A stretch of DNA of 56,593 bases from Octopus bimaculoides (taxonomy: Eukaryota), in NCBI RefSeq assembly GCF_001194135.2, contig NC_068985.1, forward strand, positions 36,945,177 to 37,001,769. Reading direction: 5' to 3'. The notes below the pieces were generated by a model. That model ran no database searches. It had not been told where the DNA came from and was given only the letters and a program-made list of their open reading frames with translations. Every line of letters begins with the position of its first letter. The stretch's first letter is position 1. The translations under genes and the position numbers were made by a program. Below, piece after piece: positions 1 through 13,223 of this stretch.

Positions 1-240
1 TGCATAAGTGTTCGTAGTCTATGTATGTGTGTGCGCGTGCCTTTGTATCAGTGTTCTTGTCAGTAGGTATATATGTATTTACGCATGAAAGCGAAATATT
101 TTATTGCAGAGGGTCTATGCGTGTGTATGTGTTGATGCGAATTTGTCCGCATATACGAAGGTATGTATAGATTATGTGGAAACGGAGCACGTTGTAACAA
201 TATACATACATGCACGCACACACACTCACACATACACATA

Positions 241-415
241 CGGAGATTGTGGCTCGTTGATTTTTGTTGTTGTCACTTCAAGCATGCGGAACTCATGCTC
301 CATACTTCTGAACCTTCCCATCGAGTGAAGATGCTTCTCTGTAGCAATGCGGGAGCATTCCATTTTCTCTGCCTGTTCCCTTGTCGTTTGACGAGAATTT
401 TCGTGCAAAAGTTGG
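241..415 (-). mobile_element. mariner transposase fragment (element B; HTH to WVPHxL region), pseudogenised
   Basis: Minus strand reads HENSRQTTREQAEKMECSRIATEKHLHSMG. After a 1-nt frameshift it reads KVQKYGA*VPHA*SDNNKNQRATIS, a decayed WVPHEL motif. Cut off by the N gap at 416-425. Confidence 0.75.
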
Positions 416-425
416 NNNNNNNNNN

Positions 426-1616
426 ATAGGATTTGACTACACCTCCATTTAGAGCACAGTTTAAGCTATCTTTTTCGTGGAAGAAGGTTTATGTTTCTAT
501 AACCTGTATTAATTCTGTAACCCTTTATAATGGAAGATAAGAAAGTTCATTTTCGGCACTTGATGCTTTTCTTTTTCCGTAAAGGGAAAAATGCCTCACA
601 AGCAACCAAAGAAGTATGCGCGGTTTACAGTGATGTTTCTTTATCCGAAAGAACTGTACGGAAGTGGTTCGCAAGGTTCCGTGCTGGAGATTGTAGCCTT
701 ATTGATAAAGAGCGATAAAGAGCGATCAGGCAGACCATCCACTACAGATGATGACCAAACCAAGTCATTGAGAATAACCCACATTGCACAACCCGAGAAT
801 TGGCAGAAAGCCTCAGCCTATCAAAATCCGTCGTTCACGAGCACCTGGTTAAGCTTGGGTACACAAATCGCTACGATGCTTGGATACCACATGAGTTGAA
901 TGAGAAGAACCATTTGGATCGCAATTGGCTTTATAAACGGAATGAAAACGCGCCTTTTTTAAAACAAATTGTGACAGGTGATGAAAAATGGATTATCTAC
1001 CGAAATATTCAGAGAAAGCGATCCTGGAGTAAGCGACATGAGCCACCCTTAACCACTCCAAAATCGGGTCTTCACCGTAAAAAAGTCTGGTGGGATTGGA
1101 AAGGAATTCTATACCATGAGCTTCTCCCAAGTAACCAGACAATTAATTCTGAGAAACACTGGACACAACTGGACGAGTTAAAAGCAGCAATTCAAGAGAA
1201 ACGTCCAGAATTGGCCAACAGGAAGGGTGTTTTTTTTCCAGCATGATAATGCAAAACCGCTCGTTTCTTTGGGAACCAGACAAAAATTGCTGCAGCTCGG
1301 CTAGGATGTGTTACTCCACCCTCCATATTTACCAGATTTTGCTCCTTCGGATTTCCACTTATTCAGGTCTCTGCAGAATAGTCTTAATGGTAAAAGTTTC
1401 AATTCCTTGGATGACGTAAAAAGATACCTTGATAAATTCTTTGCCATGAAACCACCTCAATCCAGGGAAGAGGGTATTTTCAAGTTAAAGGAAAGATGGA
1501 GATGCATTGTGCAACAAGATGGTTCATATGTGGTTGATTAAAAATGTAATGGCAAGTATTTATTGACCTTTTTCTTTCTTTTCAAAATAGGCACGAACTT
1601 TCCGGACAATCCAATA
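426..1616 (+). mobile_element. mariner (DD34D) transposon, element A, near full length
   Basis: Transposase remnants 530-1541. The 3' TIR ggcacgaactttccggacaatccaa is followed by TA (1615-1616). The 5' TIR is not visible and probably lies in the gap at 416-425. Confidence 0.9.
530..1541 (+). pseudogene. mariner transposase pseudogene
   Basis: N-terminal HTH (MEDKKVHFRHLMLFFFRKGKNASQA...), WIPHEL, catalytic motifs TGDEKW, HDNA (catgataatgca, ~1243) and YLPDFAPSDFHLF. Frameshifts include a 10-bp tandem duplication gataaagagc (704-723) and a poly-T slip near 1230. Confidence 0.9.
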
Positions 1617-1732
1617 GATTCCAAAATGATTCAAAAATAGAATTCTCGAAAAAAATAGATTCCAAAATTTAAAAATGCAATAATTTCCAAAATTTAAAAG
1701 AAAACGGCGGGAACTTAGTTGCCAGCCCAATA
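1617..1732 (-). mobile_element. 5' TIR and leader of a second mariner (probably element B)
   Basis: Reverse complement begins TA-ttgggctggcaactaagttcccgcc, a mariner-type TIR different from the element A TIR. It abuts the TA at the end of element A. Confidence 0.65.
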
Positions 1733-2280
1733 CATACATTCAAACACACATACATGCATACATACACACCCATCCACAAACTCTTGCGCATTATGTAAAT
1801 ACAAGCTTGTGAAATATAGCCTGGATAGATATGAAATTTGAATCTTATTTCAAATTACTCATTAAGCATTTTAGCAACCAGTGTTGAATATATATGATTT
1901 ATGCATGGGTTACGGGTGTATACATGTACATACAGCGTATAACCAGAAACTATATCTTTGAATTTGAATTTTTGTATGTGTGTAAACATGGGTGTATATG
2001 TTTGTGCGTGTGTATGAGTGTGTGTGTGTTTGTGTTTTGTGTATGTATGTGTGTGTCTGTTTTCGGAAATAGCATGAAATTCAAAATCGCTGCAAGCCGA
2101 TATCAGTTATAGAGAGCCTTAAACTCGTTTATCAAACGTTTCATGTCTTCTAGGCCGCTCCAGTAAGTACGTTGATCGCCAAGCGACTACATAAGCCCTA
2201 TGACGTCACCTTTCATTCAGATGTCATCTAATGACGTATTGCAAAAGCAACGACAACGACCACGACGAAGACAACAACAC

Positions 2281-2319
<39 letters not shown>

Positions 2320-2846
2320 TGGCAGCGAATATGGGTAACATCAACAGCATCAATCTTTCTACAGAATCAAATCTGAGTCATTCGGCAGCGAAATTTTGAG
2401 ACATTCCTGCGTCAGTAGTTATATTCCTCGCAAGATATTACAACTAACTCAATATAACCAAACGCTAATAGCACTATTCAAAGATCCACACACACACGCA
2501 CGCACGCACGCACGCACGCACACACGCACGCACACACGCACGCACACACACCCACACGCACGCACACACGCACGCACACACACCCACACGCACACACACA
2601 CACGCATACACACAGTTATACGTATATACAAACGTACATACGCTTACGCCTACACACTTTTCTTTGATGCACACATCTGTGACGGACAGTCTCTTTCTTG
2701 TTCTCTCTCCCTGTCTCACCTCTTCTTCTATATGTGTGTATATATGTATGCATGTTTTCGCGCGTGCATGTATGTGTGCGTGCGTCTGTGGTGGTGCGCG
2801 TATGTATAATGTATGAATTGTGCATATATATTTATGTACATGTATG

Positions 2847-2877
<31 letters not shown>

Positions 2878-3185
2878 GCATATACAGTATATATGTGTGT
2901 GTTTATATATATGCATACGTACTTGCATACATATATATATATATATACACATACACACAGACACACAGACACACATATGCATACACATATATATGTTTGT
3001 GCGTGTGTGTGTAGTTCTCTCTCTCTCTTTCTCTGTATATTTGTGTGTATGAGATAGATACATAGATAGATAGAGAGAGAGAGAGAGACGTGCTGGAAGT
3101 TTTCCTACCTTTATAAAGAAGAATTATTACTGAGTAGCGTTGCAGGATGTATTTTATGTGTAGATGCGATGCTCGCAATACTTAC

Positions 3186-3258
3186 CTGACTTTCTATTGA
3201 AATTATTTCAAGAGCTATTTGCTTCAATGCTTGCCGGCGAACAATTTTGTTTGATTTA
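3186..3258 (-). CDS. candidate coding exon (unassigned)
   Basis: Strong donor CAG|gtaagt at 3185, modest acceptor aaacag| at 3259. Open as t-KSNKIVRRQALKQIALEIISIESQ. No recognisable homology. Confidence 0.22.
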
Positions 3259-4977
3259 CTGTTTCAGACATTGAAATATTGAGTGAAATTGCGATGCTTC
3301 TCTATCAATCACAAGTTACTGCTATTTCATGTATCTAAATATCGGATTACATTTTCGACAATGCTCCAGCTTGTAGGAGTTTCAGTAAATTCATTGTCAT
3401 TCATATTTTAGACGTACTTGCTGAGGGTGAAAAAACTGGTGTGTTTTCACTGGATCTAAATGAGTGAGTGTGTTGTGTGTTTCTGATTTTAAAAGTATTT
3501 TACACGCAACGAGTGTAGGTCCCGCCTCTTATCGTCTTCAGATCTCTCTTTGGCATCACTCATGCAGATTGTAGAAGTCCATCATCGGCATAGATTTTTA
3601 CCACACTTGTTGGACTTCCAAAAGTTATGAGAGGAGCCCCTTCCTTCAGACTTAACTGTTAAGAAAGTTTGTCTAACACCATTACTCAAATTATTTTTAA
3701 ACAGCCTTCTTTTCTTTCTAGCAAAAAAATCAAGAAGTTGTCGATTTCAAGGTTTGATTCTTATTTTTCAGATTAGCACAAGTTAAATATGAATATAACC
3801 GATTTAATTAACCCTGGTACATGCCTAGGTTACATTTTATACATTCGGAAAAATGAAAGTCGAAGCTGATGCCGATGTGGCTTGAACTCAGAGTGTAGGG
3901 AACTATTTTCCTCTATAATTACTGCTTTTGGAATCAAATTCTTAATAGTTTCATAGCCAAACGATCTTTAAATCAAATACCCAATAAACCAGCATTTTAA
4001 CATTTTATCATCGATTACTTTCACTTTTGACAGCTACAGATCCGTTAGAATTAGTCGCCAAAAGCTCAAATCAGACAATACTGTCTTAAAAGAAGATCAT
4101 AATAAGGAATATGTATGCACGCTGTCTGAAAAATTAGAAAAATGGTCACTACTTGATTACCTTTGATCATAGAACTGCTGAGTAGGGATGATCTGTAGTT
4201 GACCACCAACATCTAGTCCCCACAATCCATAGAAACTAGCTTAAGTAATGGTGCAACACAATAGTATCGATGGAAATATAGAAACTGACAACTATTAAGT
4301 TGAGAAACTGACGCCTTTGCTCATGCCATATTATCTCACTTTAAACACAAGTATTCATAAACTGTCATATCTAATACAAAATCGCCTATAAGTCATTAGC
4401 ATATACATACAACTGACAAGATATGTTCAGTGAATGCTATTAGGATTCAATGAAAAGTATCGCCTCGAAGACTGGCTAAAGTTTCGTATTTCAAGAAGAA
4501 AATACCTTCTCAACAATTCATTTACGTATAATTACTATAGTGACATGTTTTCGACTTCGTCACCAAACAAAATGACAATGGCGAAAGAATGCTAACAGGT
4601 TTGAATACAAAGTAACAAACGAACAACTATTTCAATACAAATTCTAAAAGTTAAAAGTTTCAATAGACATTGCCTAAAGTAAAAGATGCTTTACCTGAGG
4701 CTTTCTTCTAAAGATTTCATTCTATATAAACATTTCAGAAATCACTGATAAATGTGGCGCTTATGGTGGAAGAATGAGCAGAATGTGAATGGCTGGAGAT
4801 TCGTTTGAGGAATGGAAACACGTAATATGGTTTTGTCGTCAACAATTTATATTCGCAATGATTGCTGCAGGGTGCTTTGCATTGGAAAAATTCGACTCAG
4901 ATGACCTTTTCCTTGCGTGCTGCGAATGTATTTACTGAGGTATATTGCGTAATATAAGATAACACTAATAGATATCT

Positions 4978-5047
<70 letters not shown>
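4978..5047. repeat. (TGA)n trinucleotide microsatellite, ~23 units
   Basis: Direct reading; source of the poly-I and poly-S ORFs. Confidence 0.95.
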
Positions 5048-5048
<1 letters not shown>

Positions 5049-5367
5049 GTGAAGTAAGCGTACTTGATGGGATAAGGATAGAAGTTATGATAATGATGGT
5101 CGTTATTATCAACTTCGTTGCTATCATTACAAGGATTATATTGAGAAACCATTATTAAAATACAACTAAGAATAATATAAAGCTCACAAAATAATGTTGA
5201 TAATAATGTTGATGCAGATTAAGAATGTAATGAAGCATTTATTTAGCAGATAAAACTATATCAATGACTCAGTGACTAAAAGCTTAGCTCGTTGATATGC
5301 AAACTTACACACATACATGCACAGTCACATATACATGCACACACATACACTCACGCAACAAACATAC

Positions 5368-5369
<2 letters not shown>

Positions 5370-5437
<68 letters not shown>

Positions 5438-5637
5438 CAGGAGAGAGAGAGTGAGAGCGAGAGAGAGAGAGAGCGAGAGCGAGAGAGAGAGAGTGAGTGA
5501 GTGAGTGAGTGAGCAAGAGAGAGAGAGTAGAGACAGAGTTTGAGTATGTGTGAGACACAGAGAGAGTGTGTGTGCGTGAGAGAGTCAGAGAGAGAGAGAG
5601 AGAGAGAGAGCGCGCGTATGAGAGAGTGAGAGAGAAT

Positions 5638-5693
<56 letters not shown>

Positions 5694-5695
5694 AT
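5370..5695. repeat. compound (AG)n/(TG)n microsatellite
   Basis: Direct reading; representative of many similar (CA)n, (TA)n, (AG)n and (TATC)n tracts across the window. Confidence 0.95.
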
Positions 5696-5920
5696 TCTAA
5701 ATCTCAGTTTAATTACTAATACTTGTAAATCCCTCATTTCCTTTATATTATTATTATTCTTTAGAAATTAATTATTGACACAACTACACTTTTTCTCCAC
5801 CACATTATACCAGTTAGATTAAATGACAACTGAAATGGAAAATCTAAATAAATCAATTCTACTCTGTCTCTCGATCGAAGAAAATTACTATTTTGAGTTT
5901 AAAGCTTTAAGCCAATTTTT

Positions 5921-5948
5921 CTCTGATGATTACAAGAAACTTCGTCAG
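5921..5948 (+). ncRNA. minimal hammerhead-ribozyme-like motif (stem II vestigial)
   Basis: ct-CTGATGA-ttacaa-GAAA-C-ttc-G-TC-ag. All invariant core bases and a GUC triplet are present, but stems I and II are only ~2 bp. Confidence 0.35.
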
Positions 5949-7739
5949 TAAGTAATTCGTCATCCGAGTTACCACAAGACACTTAGGTAGCTGTAGTGAA
6001 GTTGACTCTGCTGTATTTGGGTCAGATTTCCTGTCTAACTATATCTTACTTCTTCTCTTCCATCAAAATCGGAGTTCCTGAAGAACGGTCATGGTTGTTT
6101 CCCTTCGTTCTCCACCAAATCAATAAAAATTCTCTACACCTGGCTTACGCAAATACCTCGAAAAGACATCTCTAGCTAGCAACAATGAAGACACTCCAGT
6201 TTCCTATCTGTTTTTAAGGCAATACTTTTTTCCTGTAAGTTCAAATCTCACAATGGTTAAACATTGTCTTTCATCCTTCTATGTTCTATAAAATATGTAC
6301 CAGTTGTATAATGGCATCTATTTTATTGAGTGTAACCTTCACAAAATATAAATTCCCTTTAAGTATGCTATCGATTCACTGTTAGCGTAACACACCTTGT
6401 ATTTTAACACTTTAGGCTCAACCAGTGTCTGTAAATCCTGAAATCTTTTACCTCCTGTGCACTAAGTTATGGGACGTATACTTAATCCATCATCCGGGTT
6501 CCCACACAACCCTAGGGTAGATGTAATGAATGTGTTAAAAAAAACACATAATATATATAAGTACAAACAAACGGAAAGCATACATAGGATATTACCAAAT
6601 CCTCGTCAGTTATCATCCAAAAGATCGTAGCAATTTCACGCATTTGACGATAATATTGATTCTTTTTGGTGGTGTCAGTGACGAGAAGCCAACGGGAAAT
6701 AGCGAGCAAACGAACAAGGGAGCAAACACAACTGAAAGTGAACATACAAATATGAGAAAAATATGCAATAAGCAATACACACCATACAAACGAAATAATA
6801 TTCAAGACGAGACGAATGGCAAACGGACAAGGAGCAAAGACGAAAACAAACGCGACGGGATGTGGGCATAGAAAGAAAATGAAATAAACAGAATAAGGCC
6901 TTAGGGCTTAGACATGAGACGGAAATATGGTTAATGTCAGGAAGAATGTCCTAACGGATTAGAAACGAAGGAAACAATGGAGAGACTACAAAGCGTGTTG
7001 GTTGACCATTGCTTTTGGGCCAGGATTCCGGTTTGAGAATCATTTACTCTCTCCTTTCTATGAAACTCAGACGCCTTGAAGGATGTCATAGTTGCTCTCC
7101 TTCATCCATGAGCTAAGTAATTTTTAAAAAATTTGATAATTAGTAGGTTTAGAGAAAAGGAAAACTTGAAATTATTAGAGAAAACAGGCTGTTGGAATTA
7201 GATCCGTTTTTATGAAGAATTGTGAGATTACTTTGTTTCTCCAATAAATTCCCATTTTCTTGAAAAATAATCTCGTGCAGAGAAACAGTATTATCGGAAC
7301 TGTGTGAAGAACTGCCAACCAATCAATATCGTTGTAACCTTGCCGGAGCTTACAAATCACGCAAAACAAGATAAAAATATTGAAACCTTTCCAAATTATT
7401 TCGCTAAAAGTGCTTAAGTAATTATTTTTCCTTTTTCTTCCTCTTATTCTTCTTTTATCTTATTTTATTTTTAAAGAATGGACTGATCTTATGAAGAGAG
7501 TGTTTTTAACCAATATTGCTTAAGGTGACATGAGATGAAAAAAGATTGATAAATACTTTGTGCGGTGATGATGTCACACATTCTGAACTCGACCTCAAAT
7601 ATCAATCTTTTCCAATCAGCCATATATATATATTAATAGAAAGCCAAAGAAATACCGCTTGGCTGCACATGACAGCTGCGTGTTGTTCTTTTGTGTTGTT
7701 ACTGAAGATCTCATTGTAGTTCTCAATGACGTTATTTTA

Positions 7740-8262
7740 GCTGAGAGACAAATAAAAGATTGTCTCGTATGATGGGTGGCCGGCCACGAAAAACTTTCCG
7801 AGATCAAATCCTGCTGGTTAGGGTTTCTGCTTTTCCTTTTCTGAAGAGCGGGATTGAGAATAGTGACCAACAATTTCCGGTCGGGACAGAACGGACCGAT
7901 TTCTTCATGATAATGCGATGGCAAAAACAGTTGCTATATGGCAATTAGCTGAATAAGCTGAACTAAGTAGAAGTAGAGGACAAATTGCAACAGTGACTGA
8001 GAAATGCTGAACTCAAAGCTCTGGCTGAAGATTCTTGACTGCGAGACAGGATCATAGAGTTGCCATCAGAAATCATCCCAAGCATGTATTGAAGCGGAGT
8101 AAAATTAGTATCTGCAGAATATGTGGAGATGAGGAAGAAATAATTTATCCATATGATCTCTGGTTGTTCAGTGTTAGCCGAGAAAAAATACATTCAGAAG
8201 AATGACAGAACTGGACACATACATTGGAAGTTAAGCCAGCATTATGAAATACTAACAAAAGT
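7740..8262 (+). mobile_element. decayed non-LTR retrotransposon, RLE type (R4/Dong-like), C-terminal region
   Basis: Frameshifted reading LSRMMGGR...WLRNAELK...CRICGDEEEII/HMISGCSVLAEKKYIQKNDR..HWKL, i.e. the CCHC knuckle plus an RHD-equivalent position. Confidence 0.7.
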
Positions 8263-8266
8263 TGCT

Positions 8267-8480
8267 GAGCTGGCCGAATCACTATACGTCAGGAAAAATG
8301 CTCAATGGCATTTTTCCAGATTTACGTTCTGAGTTCAAATTCAAACGAGATCGACATTGCTTCTCATCACAAATGGGTCGATAAAATAGAGTACCAACCA
8401 AGTACTAGAGTCGATGTAGTCGACTTCCCCCTCTCGTCAAAACTATTGGCCTTGAGCCAAGATAAAAAAAGAATTATGAA
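8267..8480 (+). mobile_element. tRNA-derived SINE, family B (degenerate)
   Basis: gagctggccgaatc...ttacgttctgagttcaaattc...gtcgataaaatagagtacca; same layout as the copies at 16040, 52715 and 56120. Confidence 0.65.
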
Positions 8481-9031
8481 ACACTAACTGAAAAGAGATG
8501 GCACTGGTATATACCACTAATAATCTCAGAAAATGAGAAAGAGATCACGTTCTGAGATAAATAAGTACACAGAGACCTTTTGTCAATTCAACATGTCTGA
8601 TTTCGACCCAAATCTAGTATAAAAAGACACCTGTCCCGAATATCACTCAGATCGAGTACGAAATCTCATGATTTAGAACCAAATTTCTTACCAACCCGGC
8701 CATTACACCTGTAATGATAGACAACTATTCTGAAAGGAGACTGGAGCATTATATATAAGGATAGAAGAAATCAAGTTATAGCAGTATTATGATATATTAT
8801 TATTGTCAGGGCATTATCATACTGTATTGTTAAATGGGAACATTTTATATATGTTTTCCAAGCGATGCTCAATATTTCTATCTAAAGAAGTTAACTTTGA
8901 TATATTTCACAAACATTGATAATGAGAGAACAAAATAATAAAAAAAAGCCGTTTCTTCTGATTTAGCAAAAAATAGCCTTCAGTTATATTGGGAAAGGAA
9001 AATTTATTGCTATGATGCTCATAACATTCAC

Positions 9032-9147
9032 CCTAGTAGTATCAACTGCATCAATCTGGCCAATTTCGAAAAGTTTACGAAAGTAATGGGCAAAATTTCT
9101 AAGTCCCGATTAAAAGCTTTAACAAAATGAAGCGATTTTTCTAGCGC
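9032..9147 (-). CDS. candidate coding exon (unassigned)
   Basis: Good acceptor ttttcatttcag| and donor TAGG|gtgaat. Only frame 0 is open: ALEKSLHFVKAFNRDLEILPITFVNFSKLARLMQLILL-GG. Confidence 0.28.
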
Positions 9148-9693
9148 CTGAAATGAAAATAATTCCTACATTTCGGATTAGAATTAGTGAGAGCTCACCT
9201 TTAGGTATGGAAGCACAACTAAGTTTAAACATATATGAATACCAAGAGTAGAATATGTGACAAGTCCATACGGAGCACCCACGCCGTCAAGAAGAGAACC
9301 CAATAAAACCTTAAGTCCGATGTTCTGAAATAAATTTGGAAAATCACGACTGAAGGCAACTCAAGTTACAAATTGAATATTCTTTACTCCACACAGTCAC
9401 AAACAAATGTATTATGGCTCCATCTTCACATGTAGTTTTGTTGAAAACGAAAGAATTCATCAGAGGGAGTTCAGTTTTGAATTACAGTACATCTCATTCA
9501 GCGTAGCAAGAAGAGTGCAGAATGGGACTGAAGATTAATACACACACTCACACATACGCACGCACACATACACACGCGCGCGCGCGCGCACACACACACA
9601 TACACAGACACACGCGTGCGCATACATACATACTAATCGTATATATATATAATTAATCAAAGGACATATTAAGTATGCCTACCTGTTGGAATT

Positions 9694-9727
<34 letters not shown>

Positions 9728-11094
9728 ATNNNNNNNNNNNNNNNNNNNNNNNNNNNNNNNNNNNNNNNNNNNNNNNNNNNNNNNNNNNNNNNNNNNNNNN
9801 NNNNNNNNNNNNNNNNNNNNNNNNNNNNNNNNNNNNNNNNNNNNNNNNNNNNNNNNNNNNNNNNNNNNNNNNNNNNNNNNNNNNNNNNNNNNNNNNNNNN
9901 NNNNNNNNNNNNNNNNNNNNNNNNNNNNNNNNNNNNNNNNNNNNNNNNNNNNNNNNNNNNNNNNNNNNNNNNNNNNNNNNNNNNNNNNNNNNNNNNNNNN
10001 NNNNNNNNNNNNNNNNNNNNNNNNNNNNNNNNNNNNNNNNNNNNNNNNNNNNNNNNNNNNNNNNNNNNNNNNNNNNNNNNNNNNNNNNNNNNNNNNNNNN
10101 NNNNNNNNNNNNNNNNNNNNNNNNNNNNNNNNNNNNNNNNNNNNNNNNNNNNNNNNNNNNNNNNNNNNNNNNNNNNNNNNNNNNNNNNNNNNNNNNNNNN
10201 NNNNNNNNNNNNNNNNNNNNNNNNNNNNNNNNNNNNNNNNNNNNNNNNNNNNNNNNNNNNNNNNNNNNNNNNNNNNNNNNNNNNNNNNNNNNNNNNNNNN
10301 NNNNNNNNNNNNNNNNNNNNNNNNNNNNNNNNNNNNNNNNNNNNNNNNNNNNNNNNNNNNNNNNNNNNNNNNNNNNNNNNNNNNNNNNNNNNNNNNNNNN
10401 NNNNNNNNNNNNNNNNNNNNNNNNNNNNNNNNNNNNNNNNNNNNNNNNNNNNNNNNNNNNNNNNNNNNNNNNNNNNNATATATATACTTACATTCGTACA
10501 AACATACATAATAATGTAAATAAATACACAGGCGAATATCCTCATATACCTTTATACATAAACACACGTTAGTTTACGTAGCAGTTTGAAATCATATCGG
10601 TTCTTCGTTTTCTGTCGGATTGAACCATTCATCAATACAATTAATGTATTCTTAGCCCCCAACTTCTCAATAAGAACGGATTAAATAAACAAATGACTTT
10701 AAAACGAAAATCAAAACAAACAAAAAAAAAACTAAAAAAAAAACAACCAAGATAGTAACAAATAAACAAAATCGGCAAAAGCTAAAGCTCAATGCATAAA
10801 TAGCTTCCCACTCTTGTATACATGCAAAATTGCACGTTTGTGGATAGGCGCACAAAACTTTTACAGTATTTAATATGAATGGTCCGAAAGAATAAACACT
10901 TGGTAAAGCGTTGCGTGGTAATTCAAGTGTATATGAGTATGATATATACTCATGTAGGATTATATTTATACATATGTACGTACAGAGGTACATAGCTTCA
11001 CGCTTACACGTGCACACACACACGTGCACACACACGCGCACACACACGTGCACATACACACACACATACACACAGACATGTATACATACATGCA

Positions 11095-11146
<52 letters not shown>

Positions 11147-11555
11147 CATACATACATAAATACATATATACACACATATATATACACACACATATACGTG
11201 CATATATATTTCATATATATATATATATATATATAAATGTATGCATATGTGCGTGTATANNNNNNNNNNNNNNNNNNNNNNNNNNNNNNNNNNNNNNNNN
11301 NNNNNNNNNNNNNNNNNNNNNNNNNNNNNNNNNNNNNNNNNNNNNNNNNNNNNNNNNNNNNNNNNNNNNNNNNNNNNNNNNNNNNNNNNNNNNNNNNNNN
11401 NNNNNNNNNNNNNNNNNNNNNNNNNNNNNNNNNNNNNNNNNNNNNNNNNNNNNNNNNNNNNNNNNNNNNNNNNNNNNNNNNNNNNNNNNNNNNNNNNNNN
11501 NNNNNNNNNNNNNNNNNNNNNNNNNNNNNNNNNNNNNNNNNNNNNNNNNNNNNNN

Positions 11556-11650
<95 letters not shown>

Positions 11651-11692
11651 GTGTGTGAGTGTGTATGTGTGTGCGTGTGTTTGTGTGGGAGA

Positions 11693-11730
<38 letters not shown>

Positions 11731-11873
11731 TGAGAAACGTAGAAATATATGTATTCAGCCTTTCGCTTTTGGCAAATTATCTGTTCTAGCAGAAATGCCC
11801 CTCCAATAATATAACATCCGTTAGGTAGCGGGAAGAACCTGTTGATATATCATGCAGGAGGTGATTCAATTCA

Positions 11874-11928
11874 CCAATCATCTGTTACACTTTTGACACG
11901 GACAACAGATCAATCTTCCGCCATCTTG
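11874..11928. promoter_or_regulatory. CCAAT box plus YY1-like motif
   Basis: CCAAT at 11874-11878 and CCGCCATCTTG at 11918-11928 in unique sequence. Motif match only. Confidence 0.2.
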
Positions 11929-13075
11929 GCCAAACGAAATAAATATGAAAAATTTGAAAGATGGTTCGTTTGGACATGGAACGTAAAGAAAGCGTTTTCT
12001 CATAATGTCGCTCTCTTCATTTAATCAAATCGAAATTCTTCCAAAATCAACATGACAAATGTATTAAATTGTTGACTCATCATAGAATTTTTCGTCGTTT
12101 TATTATCATGTTTTTGAAATGAATAATAATAAAATTAATAATAACGATGATGGTGATGATGATTATAATTTTTAATATACAAAAGAACAACACAAACATC
12201 GGACAAAAGCAAAAGTAATAATAAAATTAATATAAAATACCAATAATCATATGTTGTTATTGTTGTTGCTGCTACTGCTGATGCTGTTGCTGCTACTGAT
12301 GATGGTGATGATGGTGTTGGGGGAAATTACAGTGGAAGCGTCGGCGGCGGATTTACTCGTGGTTTTTGTCGTGATGGCGATTGTGTTATCATTGTTGTTA
12401 CTGACGACGACGACGACGACGATGATGATGATGACTGTAGTGGTGATCATCCCAATATAATGTTAATGGCTATGATGTTGTTTATAATGCTAACACCAAC
12501 GCCATACCACAATGAACGCTATCACCATCACCTCCGTCATCATCATTTCCATCACCATCACCACCAGTATCAACACTGTAATCACTGTCACCAGCACCAT
12601 TAATGCCATCATCACCATCACCGCTACCATTAAGGCAACCATCACTACCACCACCACCACCACCACCACCACCACCACCANNNNNNNNNNNNNNNNNNNN
12701 NNNNNNNNNNNNNNNNNNNNNNNNNNNNNNNNNNNNNNNNNNNNNNNNNNNNNNNNCAGGAATACTATCCCCACCATTAACAACACAAAAAAACACAAGC
12801 AGTAACTGTAACTACAACAATAGCAACATCAATAACCACAACAAACAAATATAACCATATATTAATAGTGAATTTTGAGTCTTTTACAGACATTTTTAAA
12901 CAAATATTTACAAAACTGGCAGAAAATCCAATTCAAGTCTTAAAGTTAAAAAAGAAAAAAATCAGTTGGAGAGTAACTTACTTAGTTTGTTTGATAATTA
13001 CCTCCCCTGCCTCCTTGAATAACAAACATTCGCCATCATACCAAAATACACATTCAACATAATGTACAAGCTTAC

Positions 13076-13122
13076 CTCATTTATCAAACAGACGATGGAA
13101 TGCACAGGGCGTGTTCTGGGTT
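13076..13122 (-). CDS. candidate small exon (unassigned)
   Basis: Consensus donor GAG|gtaagc and acceptor tttttttgaatacccag|. One open frame: aa-PRTRPVHSIVCLINE. Confidence 0.25.
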
Positions 13123-13166
13123 CTGGGTATTCAAAAAAATAATTTTATTATATATGTCACTCTCAG

Positions 13167-13223
<57 letters not shown>

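Noticed and set aside
3300-3720. Possible Helitron PIF1 helicase remnant (LSLKEGAPLI resembles LKLKVGAPIM; VRLKY.MTMN resembles VRLAFAMTIN)
   Set aside because: Only two short motifs, needing several frameshifts and stops; a translated profile search would be needed.
6030-6510. Possible Penelope ORF remnant
   Set aside because: No frame gave a convincing RT or GIY-YIG motif by eye.
6580-6612. Minus-strand CTGACGA followed by a GGAT/ATCC stem
   Set aside because: No GAAA or cleavage triplet follows, so it is not a hammerhead as it stands.
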